Below, one piece after another: positions 1 to 9,006 of a stretch of 64,000 bases of DNA. The DNA comes from Bacteroidales bacterium (GTDB lineage Bacteria; Bacteroidota; Bacteroidia; Bacteroidales; UBA4181), in contig JAVBSH010000064.1 in assembly GCA_031547085.1 (NCBI GenBank), positions 7,707 to 71,706 on the forward strand, given 5' to 3'. A program made the position numbers and the translations under genes. The notes under the pieces are model-generated. The model was not told the origin of the DNA. It made no database searches and was given only the letters and a program-made list of their open reading frames with translations. The first letter of the stretch is position 1. Every line of letters begins with the position of its first letter.

Positions 1-27
1 GGCCAATTATTTCATCATCTAAAACCA

Positions 28-3000
28 ATGACCATGAGCACGAGAATATGGAACCTGTTTTCTCCCAAGCCGGTGGTGCTGTTGCCGCTCCGCATGGAGA
101 TCAGTTACAGGAATGAGAATAAAACAGCAAAGATACGCTGGTATCCGGACGACTGCCATTTGTATATGGATGAAAAGGAGATGGCTTCGTCGGACTCAAG
201 CATGGATTTTGCCCTTGGCGAAGGCTTCAAGCTGCACACTTTTCCCGAACGTATTTACCTATATACCGTCAGCGCGGATGGTTATATGCGCCGCCTTAAA
301 AAATGCAACAAACTGAACCCCGATCTTCGTTTCAAGTTGCCCCAATTGACGCCGGATGTGGATAATAACCAGCCGGCAGACCCGTCGGTGCAGTGGTTGA
401 CGGATTTTGTCGATGCCGAAAAGAACGGGATGGGCGCTACCATCGAAGGACTCCGGTTCAAGCGCTTGAAGAAAGCCGAATGGCTGATTGCCATGGGGGT
501 ACGGAAGAATTCGGGAATGATCCTGCACGACTTGTTGGCGTATTTCCGGAAAACCGATGCGTTGCGGATCCTCCGTCCGGGCGAACCGACCAATAATTCG
601 GAGGATGAGTTGGTGGAACCGCTTCCCGATGAAATAGATGAATTAGACGTTGAGGATGTGAACGACGCCGACGAGCCGATAGCTCCGGCAAAACAGCCGG
701 GACTGAAAACCAATGCCGATTTGCTGAAGGAATACCTGAAAACAGACGAATTTGACGCCGATCCGAATGCCGGGCAGATAGACCACAGTCCGCTTGGATT
801 TGTCAATACATTGATGGAAACGGCCTGTTTCAAAAATCTGGAGCCGAATGCAATCATCAACAAACTCAACTTTCCCAAGCTCTTCCAAAACATGGCGGAC
901 AAGCGCAGGATCAAGAAAGCCAAAAGCGTTTACCGCGATCACCTGAACCCTTCGGGACATCTGCCGGCCATTCGCATTGGCGACAACCCTTACGGAATTG
1001 TATTGACCTATCGCAAAGGCATGTTTGGCGAGGCTCCTTTTTACGAAAAATACAAAAATGAGCTTAAAAAGCTGTCCCGTTCGCACAACCGCACATTGCA
1101 CACGTACCGGAAAGACTCGTTGGCCGACCGCATGAATGCCGTGTTGCGCCAAAGGCCCGGGTCGAACCGGATCGATATCAAGGAAGGCGAGGTGAAAGAT
1201 GTGTTGCGCACCGACCAGATGGAGAATGTGCAACACAAAATCATCCGCGATGTCTTAGATAATGTGGGGATAATTCTTTTCGAAGACTTGAAGAATACAC
1301 TCCTCGACGTCAAAAACAGTCTTGAACGGAATAAAAGTTTTTTGGGTGTCAATACCTATTTTGAAAAGATTTTCAGGTACTACCTTTTGAATATGAAAGC
1401 TTGGGATGAGGCCGACTACACAGTCTTCTTCAACAATATGGTAATACTTGAGGATAAATACAATGAAATCGAAAAAATTAAGGTAGAGATGATGAAATTG
1501 TGCGACGAGTCCGGCACTACCGTCAGGCAGATACTGGACAAGTTCGATGAGATTGATAATGTCACCAAGAGCTTACGTTTGTCCGATACCTTGCGGAGTT
1601 TTTTTGCTTCACAAATGGATGCGTCGCCTTTCATTGATTTAAGTGAAGATTTATTCAAGGATTTTTGGACAAAAGTCGAGGATATGAAAAAACAAGTCTA
1701 TGATTTACTCTATTCGACGAAAAGTTCATTAGATGGAGAAACCAAGGCAGAATTGCAAAACTCGAAAACGATCAAGGAATTATTGGAGTTACACCCTCCT
1801 GCAGGAGTGAAGCTTACAGACGAAGAAGAACTTATTGAAAAAGAAAATCTTCTGAAAAAAAACGGAAGTGCCCTCTCTACGGTGAAAGCATTGATTAGCT
1901 TGGGCACCATTGCCGATAACCTCAGAATGATATGTACCGATGTTTTCAGTTTCACCCAAAAGCCGCCCCAATCATCCGTTTATTGCCCGATAGTCAGAAG
2001 CATGTTGAAAGACGTCAAGGAACCGGACACCACTCTCTTAGGATACACGTCCATTTTTGTAAAAGCAGCCGTGCAACAGACACAGGCTGTTCTAGTGGAC
2101 GAAGTTAAAAAAGAAGGTGAAGGCGAAACCGAAAAGATTATCGATCATTTTATCAATTACAAAAAAGCGATTGATGATTTCAAGGTGCTCACCAAGGATG
2201 TAAAAATCGTAAGGGCGGCCGTTGAACGCTTGCTGTATCAGCAGGTGCATTGGGACAGGCATATTATCTGTAATTTCTTAGAATTGTCGGCGCTGAATAC
2301 CATTACCGACGCCAAATTGATTGCCAGCATGACCGATGCTGCCGAGCTGGCGGAAAAAATGGTAGGCGAAAACAAACAGGTGAGTATTGAATTGTTTCAA
2401 AGCAAGATATACGACCTCATCGATGCCTTTTCGTACCGGATGGACGCCTGGTTTACGGCATACGCCGATAAACTGTTGAAAAAACGCAACAAACACCAAT
2501 TGGCGGAGCGCAGCATGGGCGTTTTTGGTTGGTTGGAAAAACCGGTGACCGACACGCCGAAGGCAGTCGGGCAACAGATGAACGAATATTTCCAGGCGCC
2601 GTCCATCGACCAGGCCAAAACCGTAGCGGTGTTGCGGGCGGCCTCGCTGGCCGAAGAGGAGGCCTACCAGATCAACCTTTCGGCTAAGCGTGTGCAATTG
2701 GCCAACTGGTACGGCGAAGGATTGGCCTGCGGCTATTCCGAGTCGGAGTTGCTGGGCTATTTCATTGAACGCGAAATCAACGATGACCCCGACAACAACG
2801 GCATCCTGAAAATTTACATCCCGCCCCTGCGGAAAAAGTACCCGATGGAGTCGAAAAGCATCACGGTGGATGATCCGAAATATACGTTGAAATTAATTGA
2901 CGGGAAAAAGTTTGCCGATGAAGCAGATTTTAATGCGGTATTAAGCATCGGAGATTTTAATGACTTGAGTTTTCCGTCCGGAAATAAAAATATCAGAGGC

Positions 3001-4893
3001 ATCTGCAATGATAAAATCAAAAAGATCGCCGAAAAAGCCGCTTTGATCAGGGATGCATTCGCCGACCTGGCTTTTGCCGAGACCACCTACCAGCATATAC
3101 GCGGCAACCGCGCCCGCGAAAACGCATGGTTGCAGGTAGCCAAAGGCGAATTGCTGCCGATGCCGGCCGAATTCACCGAGTCCTTCCGGACAGGCACGCG
3201 CTTGTTCCAGAAAGTCATTATCCCGATTGGCCGGGCACCGGAAACAGCCGGTTTGTATATGGATGACGGGCAGGCCAACCCGCGCAATGTGGTCGATATT
3301 CATATTTCGTCATTCTGCCGCAACGTATTCGAGCAATTCCGCTATGCATCGTTCGGTTTGAAGGTTTCCCCATCGTTTGACCAGTTATTTCCGCTTACCG
3401 GAACCGATGACGGGAGGGAAGTAAACGCCAGGGGCTTATTCCCCGGCATCATCGACATCGCCGAAACAGGCTTGGATGTGATTGACCTTGCTTTGGGCGG
3501 TAAAAACGAATTGGAGTCGGCCTTGAAGATGGTGATCCTGAAACATGCCCGCAGCATGACAAGCGACGAAGCCATACTGGAAAAACTGTTGCAGTTGCTC
3601 AACAGCCTGTCGTTATACGACGATATCTACGAACCATCGATTGATGGTATGGACAGTCAGGTGGAAAAAATCAGGACCCTTTTGATGATGGCTCCGCCCG
3701 TGACCATGGATCTGTTCGAACAAACTTCCGGCAGCCTTTCCGAACAGGTTTCCGGACAAATGAAACAGGCTAGGCGGCTCAAAGCCATCTGCGAAAAGTT
3801 GGTGAAACAAGCGTACATGAGCATCGACAAGCTGAACGGTGTAACGTTGGCCGGAATGGTAGATCAATGCAGTATCTACGATTTTCATTACGTTGGTGTT
3901 CCCAATATGCTGGAATTAGCCGCTATGGAAGGCTTTGACCTCCGGGCGATGCTGACCGTCAGAAACGCATACCTGACGGAAATCGAAGACTTGCTGAATG
4001 GTAACATCAAGCTCTACAATTACGAAAAGGTAACCATCGCCAAAGTGACCGGACTATTCGGGACACCTAAGGTGGAATTTGATGACCGCGAACCGTTCGG
4101 CGAACCCGAGGAAGGCGCTACCATCGAAGATAAAGCTATCAGTATCGCCTTGGAAAGGATGATTCTAAAACTGGAACATATCATTCAAAATTTTAGCGGT
4201 AAGAACTGGATGATTGCTCCTTTGCCGGAACTCGACGGCATTACGATGAAACAAGCAGCCGTGAATAGCGATGCCCAACTGAAACAGGTCGCTAAGGTTA
4301 GGAAGCCTTTGGAAATCCTGTTCCAATTGCCGTTCGAGCATGACCTTGCCTTTAGCGAAGGCGCACCGGACGAGTTATTCGACTTCCGACATGCGGCTTC
4401 ACCTGATGAGGAAGATGCGGATAAAACTGACGACAACCGTCCGGAAATTTGTTATCATATTGTCCGCACCGGCGACGAAAGCGGCTTTGTATACGGCCTA
4501 TTGGTCGACGAATGGACGGAGAACATTACCGGGCCCACGGAAACGTCGGCTTTGCTGGTGAACTACGACGCCCCGCAGAGCGAACCGCCCAACTGCCTGA
4601 TCATGGCTGTTCCCAATGTGATGCAATGGTGGTGGGACAATCGCAAGGTGGCGAAATCCATCCGCAATGTCATCGATGCCATGAAAATCCGCTCAATCAC
4701 CACCGATGAAGTGGAGATAGCATCGTTTGCTCATCTTTTCCCGCCGTTTACGCACAGTTTCACCCACAGCGATGGCATTGCTAAAAGCGCCGCCGGCAGC
4801 GAGCCGGAAAGCATCGACTGCAAACCGGCTGTCACTCAAGAGACTGGCAGCGGTCTGGCTTCATACGATACCGAATTCAACATTAAACAATAA
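28..4893 (+). CDS. Large uncharacterised protein (1621 aa), no signal peptide
   Basis: Long ORF with motif-like blocks (LLPLRME, IRWYPDDCH, GHLPAIRIGDNPYGI, SYRMDAW, QAPSIDQA, LLGYFIER, GLLVDEW, NYDAPQSEPP) and a helical K/E-rich central part; function unknown. Confidence 0.9.
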   Translation: MTMSTRIWNLFSPKPVVLLPLRMEISYRNENKTAKIRWYPDDCHLYMDEKEMASSDSSMDFALGEGFKLHTFPERIYLYTVSADGYMRRLKKCNKLNPDLRFKLPQLTPDVDNNQPADPSVQWLTDFVDAEKNGMGATIEGLRFKRLKKAEWLIAMGVRKNSGMILHDLLAYFRKTDALRILRPGEPTNNSEDELVEPLPDEIDELDVEDVNDADEPIAPAKQPGLKTNADLLKEYLKTDEFDADPNAGQIDHSPLGFVNTLMETACFKNLEPNAIINKLNFPKLFQNMADKRRIKKAKSVYRDHLNPSGHLPAIRIGDNPYGIVLTYRKGMFGEAPFYEKYKNELKKLSRSHNRTLHTYRKDSLADRMNAVLRQRPGSNRIDIKEGEVKDVLRTDQMENVQHKIIRDVLDNVGIILFEDLKNTLLDVKNSLERNKSFLGVNTYFEKIFRYYLLNMKAWDEADYTVFFNNMVILEDKYNEIEKIKVEMMKLCDESGTTVRQILDKFDEIDNVTKSLRLSDTLRSFFASQMDASPFIDLSEDLFKDFWTKVEDMKKQVYDLLYSTKSSLDGETKAELQNSKTIKELLELHPPAGVKLTDEEELIEKENLLKKNGSALSTVKALISLGTIADNLRMICTDVFSFTQKPPQSSVYCPIVRSMLKDVKEPDTTLLGYTSIFVKAAVQQTQAVLVDEVKKEGEGETEKIIDHFINYKKAIDDFKVLTKDVKIVRAAVERLLYQQVHWDRHIICNFLELSALNTITDAKLIASMTDAAELAEKMVGENKQVSIELFQSKIYDLIDAFSYRMDAWFTAYADKLLKKRNKHQLAERSMGVFGWLEKPVTDTPKAVGQQMNEYFQAPSIDQAKTVAVLRAASLAEEEAYQINLSAKRVQLANWYGEGLACGYSESELLGYFIEREINDDPDNNGILKIYIPPLRKKYPMESKSITVDDPKYTLKLIDGKKFADEADFNAVLSIGDFNDLSFPSGNKNIRGICNDKIKKIAEKAALIRDAFADLAFAETTYQHIRGNRARENAWLQVAKGELLPMPAEFTESFRTGTRLFQKVIIPIGRAPETAGLYMDDGQANPRNVVDIHISSFCRNVFEQFRYASFGLKVSPSFDQLFPLTGTDDGREVNARGLFPGIIDIAETGLDVIDLALGGKNELESALKMVILKHARSMTSDEAILEKLLQLLNSLSLYDDIYEPSIDGMDSQVEKIRTLLMMAPPVTMDLFEQTSGSLSEQVSGQMKQARRLKAICEKLVKQAYMSIDKLNGVTLAGMVDQCSIYDFHYVGVPNMLELAAMEGFDLRAMLTVRNAYLTEIEDLLNGNIKLYNYEKVTIAKVTGLFGTPKVEFDDREPFGEPEEGATIEDKAISIALERMILKLEHIIQNFSGKNWMIAPLPELDGITMKQAAVNSDAQLKQVAKVRKPLEILFQLPFEHDLAFSEGAPDELFDFRHAASPDEEDADKTDDNRPEICYHIVRTGDESGFVYGLLVDEWTENITGPTETSALLVNYDAPQSEPPNCLIMAVPNVMQWWWDNRKVAKSIRNVIDAMKIRSITTDEVEIASFAHLFPPFTHSFTHSDGIAKSAAGSEPESIDCKPAVTQETGSGLASYDTEFNIKQ

Positions 4894-4898
4894 CGATC

Positions 4899-6344
4899 AT
4901 GGTACATTTTATCCAAAAATTCATTGCCCGTCAGTTCGACCATGAGGAAGAGAAAGCAGCAATACCGGTTGAAACAGGGGAAAATAGCACCAAAAGCAGC
5001 TATCATCCTTCCATCAAGGAAGGGTTGCAGGCAAAAGTAAAAGACCCGCTCTGGTTCCTTTGCCGGCAGTGGCAAATGGCCGAATTTGAGGCCGGCAACG
5101 GCGGTTCGCCGATCCGTATGACCTACGAGATTGAAGACCGATCGATGGACGAGATCGTTTATCATGACGGACACGCTCAAATTTTCGATATTTCCGTTCC
5201 CTTGGAACCGATCATCGAAGGAGGCTCGGACAAGTCGATGTTCGACAACGCTGCCGGTTTCGAGGACGATGTCATTTCCGACCAGATACAGAAAACACCC
5301 AGGGCATGGAAAAGCGACCGTTTGGAGTATTCGTTCAAACTACGCGAAAGCAGTGAACCTGACAATGCCAGAAAGATGGTGCTGAATGCCAGGGAATATT
5401 TTGGCGAAAGGATGGATTGGTACAGTTTCACGCTGAACAAAAAAGCCCAGGCAACGAATACCAGGAAGATCGAAAGTATTCCACAACCGGTGGATTTTCC
5501 CGGAATGCCCAAGGTGAGGTTTTGGGAGTTTGAAGACTACCGCATTAACATCGAGAATCTGGTGCGGGATCATCCGTTGACGATGCTGCTCACCGACTTT
5601 TTGATGCTGTTTTCCAACGATTATTTCATCTTCCCGATGGAGCAAACCGCAGGCACCCTCCGCAGCATCGGCAAGGTGGAAGTGACCGACGTGTTCGGCG
5701 ATACGGTTGCCATCCAACCGCATGTCACCGTGCAGGACGACGGGTTCGCCTTGTTTGCCCACAACGAGGACGACAACTCCGACAGCGTTCGCTGTACATC
5801 GGCCAACCTGTTCCTACCGAACAAGATTGCCCAGTCGTACACCAGCGACCCGCTGGAAGAAATCATTTTCTACCGCGACGAAATACAAGAGATGGTGTGG
5901 GCTGTGGAACGAAAGTACTGGAACAAGGGTGTAATCGACCGCGCCGACGAATTGAGCCGTAAAGAACCCGAACAAACACAAGCAGCAGGCAATACAAAGT
6001 CATCCTTGCCAAAGTACATCATCAAAACACCTGTTCCCGAACACTGGATACCCTACCAGCCGCAGCAAACCGGTAACAGCCAGTTCATCCTCCGGCGGGC
6101 GCGTACCGACAGCAAGTTCAACAAAGACAACCCGCAGTACAAGTCGGCCATCCTCTCCGAGTCGAAATGGATTTGCGAGGAAGAAATACAGTCCGTGCCG
6201 GTATTGTTGACTCAATACGTGGAAATGACCAGCGTACAAACAGGCGACGAAAGAAAACGTATCTTCTGGATCGGCCGCCAAAAACAAAGGGGTAAAATGA
6301 AGGAACAGATCAAATTAAGCTTCGACCGGCTCGAAAAGGTTTAG
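4899..6344 (+). CDS. Uncharacterised protein (481 aa), co-transcribed with the upstream ORF
   Basis: 5-bp gap after the upstream stop; motifs DPLWFLCRQWQMAEF, GMPKVRFWEFED, FSNDYF, RDEIQEMVWAVER, VPEHWIPY; no signal peptide. Confidence 0.9.
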   Translation: MVHFIQKFIARQFDHEEEKAAIPVETGENSTKSSYHPSIKEGLQAKVKDPLWFLCRQWQMAEFEAGNGGSPIRMTYEIEDRSMDEIVYHDGHAQIFDISVPLEPIIEGGSDKSMFDNAAGFEDDVISDQIQKTPRAWKSDRLEYSFKLRESSEPDNARKMVLNAREYFGERMDWYSFTLNKKAQATNTRKIESIPQPVDFPGMPKVRFWEFEDYRINIENLVRDHPLTMLLTDFLMLFSNDYFIFPMEQTAGTLRSIGKVEVTDVFGDTVAIQPHVTVQDDGFALFAHNEDDNSDSVRCTSANLFLPNKIAQSYTSDPLEEIIFYRDEIQEMVWAVERKYWNKGVIDRADELSRKEPEQTQAAGNTKSSLPKYIIKTPVPEHWIPYQPQQTGNSQFILRRARTDSKFNKDNPQYKSAILSESKWICEEEIQSVPVLLTQYVEMTSVQTGDERKRIFWIGRQKQRGKMKEQIKLSFDRLEKV

Positions 6345-6373
6345 AAAAACATAAACATTTAAAATTTAAGCGT

Positions 6374-6751
6374 ATGGAAAGTAAGAATAATGTAATAACG
6401 ATTGCTTTATTAGTGATTATCGGCATATTATGTATCGTAAATTTATTTTGGAACAAAGAAAGTGACAGTCTTAATAAAGCTATCAACACGATCAATATAA
6501 TGCAAAAAGACCTTGAGGGCATAAAAGGCAGCGTATCAAGCGCAAATGGCTCCATTACAGCCATTTTAGACAGTCTAAAAAAAACCAATTCAGCATTGAG
6601 CATACTTGAAAAAGATCGCGAAAAGATTGAAGAAGACATGGCGCAATTGTTAAATAAACACAAAAAAACTTTGGAAGGTTTGATTGTTGAGATAAAAAAG
6701 AACCAAGAAAAAAACAGAGTGCTTCGAACAGAAGCGGAAGCCTATAAGTAA
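6374..6751 (+). CDS. N-terminal TM-anchored coiled-coil protein (i-spanin-like)
   Basis: One hydrophobic helix (VITIALLVIIGILCIVNLFW) then heptad-rich coiled coil; upstream of the endolysin. Confidence 0.6.
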   Translation: MESKNNVITIALLVIIGILCIVNLFWNKESDSLNKAINTINIMQKDLEGIKGSVSSANGSITAILDSLKKTNSALSILEKDREKIEEDMAQLLNKHKKTLEGLIVEIKKNQEKNRVLRTEAEAYK

Positions 6752-6794
6752 GAGAGACTCAAGTAATAAAAAATTAAACTTAAAAAATTGAATA

Positions 6795-7361
6795 ATGAAA
6801 TATATATGTTTTTTATTCTTGCTTTATGCAACAACCAGCGGAATATATGCTCAAGGAGATCCATTTAAACTTCCTGACATTGATTTTTGTTCGTCATTCG
6901 ACAAGCCTTTAACGCTTCTCAAGGGACAATCTATTGCTTTTACAGTTCCCTGCGACACGCTGTACATCATCAATAAAGGGAGATTTAACATGTATGACAA
7001 GCTCCACAGTTGGATTTTATCAGGAAAATCGGACTCGCTAAGTAACGTATTATTGAATATACACTTGTCAATGATGGATAGTACTGCCGTATTTTTCAAA
7101 AAGTTGAATGACAGTAATAAAGATTTGGAAAGGCTTGCTAAAGATATGAATAAATACACCACAACCACTCTCACACAAGCGCAAATATCACTGAATTCAA
7201 CTATGGAATCATTAGATAAAGCTTCAAAAGATATAGCTGAAGTGAAGGAAAATTTAGACAAAGCGCGTAAGGAAATCAGATGCGACAGGTGGAAAGCCGG
7301 CATTATTGGTGGCGGTGCGGGCTTTGTGCTTGCAACAACTCTATTTCTGATTTTTAATTAA
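6795..7361 (+). CDS. Exported coiled-coil protein with C-terminal Gly-rich TM helix (spanin-like)
   Basis: Signal peptide MKYICFLFLLYATTSGIYA, coiled coil, C-terminal GIIGGGAGFVLATTLFLIF. Confidence 0.55.
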   Translation: MKYICFLFLLYATTSGIYAQGDPFKLPDIDFCSSFDKPLTLLKGQSIAFTVPCDTLYIINKGRFNMYDKLHSWILSGKSDSLSNVLLNIHLSMMDSTAVFFKKLNDSNKDLERLAKDMNKYTTTTLTQAQISLNSTMESLDKASKDIAEVKENLDKARKEIRCDRWKAGIIGGGAGFVLATTLFLIFN

Positions 7362-7372
7362 AACCTTACATC

Positions 7373-8164
7373 ATGCAAACCATTTCAAAAAACGCAACAA
7401 ATCCGGATGTTGTCATCTTACAGCAATTATTGTCTGCACATGGTTTTCCGGTATCTTTTACAGGTATTTTTGACAACGCAACCGATATCGAGACACGCCG
7501 GTTCCAGAAAGCAAAAGGGTTGAAAGACGATGGGATCGTGGGGCCTGTTACATGGACAGAGCTTAAGCGCCTAGATCATCTCATATTGATTGACAACGGA
7601 CATGGATATGATACCCCGGGAAAACGTTCACCGCAATGGGCCGATGGCTCGCAACTTTTCGAATGGGAGTATACCCGGGAAATAGCGCAACGTGTAGAAT
7701 CAGAACTGAGAAAGCATAAAGTTCACGTGGTAAGAATCGTGCCGGAAGATATCAATATCCTGCTAGCCGACCGTTGCAAACGGGTCAACAACCTTACAGG
7801 ATTAGTAGGGGCTGATCAATGTTTTTTGGTTTCGATACATTGTAATGCTTTTGATGGCCAAGCCCGTGGTTGGGAAATACATACTTTTTCGGATGCCGGC
7901 AAAAGTACAGGGTATGCAACCAAATTCTGGAATACTGCCCGGGATTTGCTCAATGGCATTAGCACGATGCGTTCGCAAAGCGCAAATCATCCCGTACGGA
8001 ACAGCAATTTTATGATTTTGCGAAACACACAATGTGCTGCAGCATTGACTGAAAACCTGTTCATGGATAATGAAAAGGATTGCCGGTATTTGCTATCACC
8101 CGAAGGTAAGTCAACCATTACGCAAATTCATGCACAAGCAATATGCAAAATATTGGGAAAATAA
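7373..8164 (+). CDS. N-acetylmuramoyl-L-alanine amidase (Amidase_3) with N-terminal peptidoglycan-binding domain; endolysin-like
   Basis: PG_binding_1 pattern (LQQLL..FQKAKGLKDDGIVGPVTW); Zn-site motifs DNGHG, FEWEY, SIHCNA, TENLFMDN; no signal peptide. Confidence 0.9.
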   Translation: MQTISKNATNPDVVILQQLLSAHGFPVSFTGIFDNATDIETRRFQKAKGLKDDGIVGPVTWTELKRLDHLILIDNGHGYDTPGKRSPQWADGSQLFEWEYTREIAQRVESELRKHKVHVVRIVPEDINILLADRCKRVNNLTGLVGADQCFLVSIHCNAFDGQARGWEIHTFSDAGKSTGYATKFWNTARDLLNGISTMRSQSANHPVRNSNFMILRNTQCAAALTENLFMDNEKDCRYLLSPEGKSTITQIHAQAICKILGK

Positions 8165-8192
8165 ATAATAACTGAATTATAAAAATAAGATC

Positions 8193-8429
8193 ATGAAAAA
8201 GATTGCAGATTTTTTTTATTGTGTGTTAACATTAGCAGGATTAATCGTCGGCACGATTTATTTATTCTGGAAAGGCCAGTGGCTTATCGGTAGTGCCATG
8301 ACCATCGGATTTTTTTGGCATTTGATCAAGATATGGAAAGACCTGGTCGGGAGTATTCGATGGATCATCTGCGGATTTAAGAAAACTGTGGACAATACGA
8401 AAAAACAATTGGATACCACCACAGAATAG
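8193..8429 (+). CDS. Small 2-TM membrane protein (holin-like)
   Basis: 78 aa, two hydrophobic segments, charged C-tail, directly after the amidase. Confidence 0.55.
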   Translation: MKKIADFFYCVLTLAGLIVGTIYLFWKGQWLIGSAMTIGFFWHLIKIWKDLVGSIRWIICGFKKTVDNTKKQLDTTTE

Positions 8430-8475
8430 GCTTTTGACGTCTGAAAATAATTTTATAACATAAAACAGAATAAAA

Positions 8476-8889
8476 ATGGAACAGAACTTTTCTCAAGAAT
8501 TTGTAGGATATATAATTGGTACAGGGTCTCCTGCTTTTGTAATTGCTTCGATAATATTTATCTTATGCGGATCTTTTATCAATATTGCATTTGACGTACA
8601 CAATCGTAATGAAAAATCGAAAAATACACCTCAAAAATTTTCCTGGTCATTTTTTTGGCTCGACAATAAATTACGCATAATCCTTTGCATTATCATGGCG
8701 CTTTGTGTCGCTCGTTTTTTTTCTGATATTTTCCCGCAACAAAAGTTAAGTTTATTTAAAGCATTCTGCCTTGGCTTAATCTTCGATTGGATGTTGGTGT
8801 TTCTGCGCCATTTGCAACGTCTGATCAAACAAAAATTCAATATCAAAGAATTTGGAAGAGCTGAATCGCCAGACATCACAGAACAGTGA
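8476..8889 (+). CDS. 3-TM membrane protein (holin-like)
   Basis: 137 aa, three hydrophobic segments, basic C-terminal tail; last gene of the operon. Confidence 0.6.
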   Translation: MEQNFSQEFVGYIIGTGSPAFVIASIIFILCGSFINIAFDVHNRNEKSKNTPQKFSWSFFWLDNKLRIILCIIMALCVARFFSDIFPQQKLSLFKAFCLGLIFDWMLVFLRHLQRLIKQKFNIKEFGRAESPDITEQ

Positions 8890-8955
8890 CCTACCACTGA
8901 ACAAATCCACATTTTTCAAGATGTAGTAAACACTTTGAAATAATAAAAACAAACA

Positions 8956-8989
8956 AATGGGGTGGTCCCAAAGATCGAGCCACCCCATT
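8956..8989 (-). terminator. Intrinsic terminator downstream of TBDR-1
   Basis: Perfect 10-bp stem aatggggtgg/ccaccccatt followed by a T-rich run on the minus strand. Confidence 0.75.
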
Positions 8990-9006
8990 CATCAAAGATA
9001 CTCAAA

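Noticed and set aside
6374..8889. Prophage
   Set aside because: Lysis-like genes only; no recognisable capsid, terminase, tail, integrase or att site in the window (sequence to the left is unseen)
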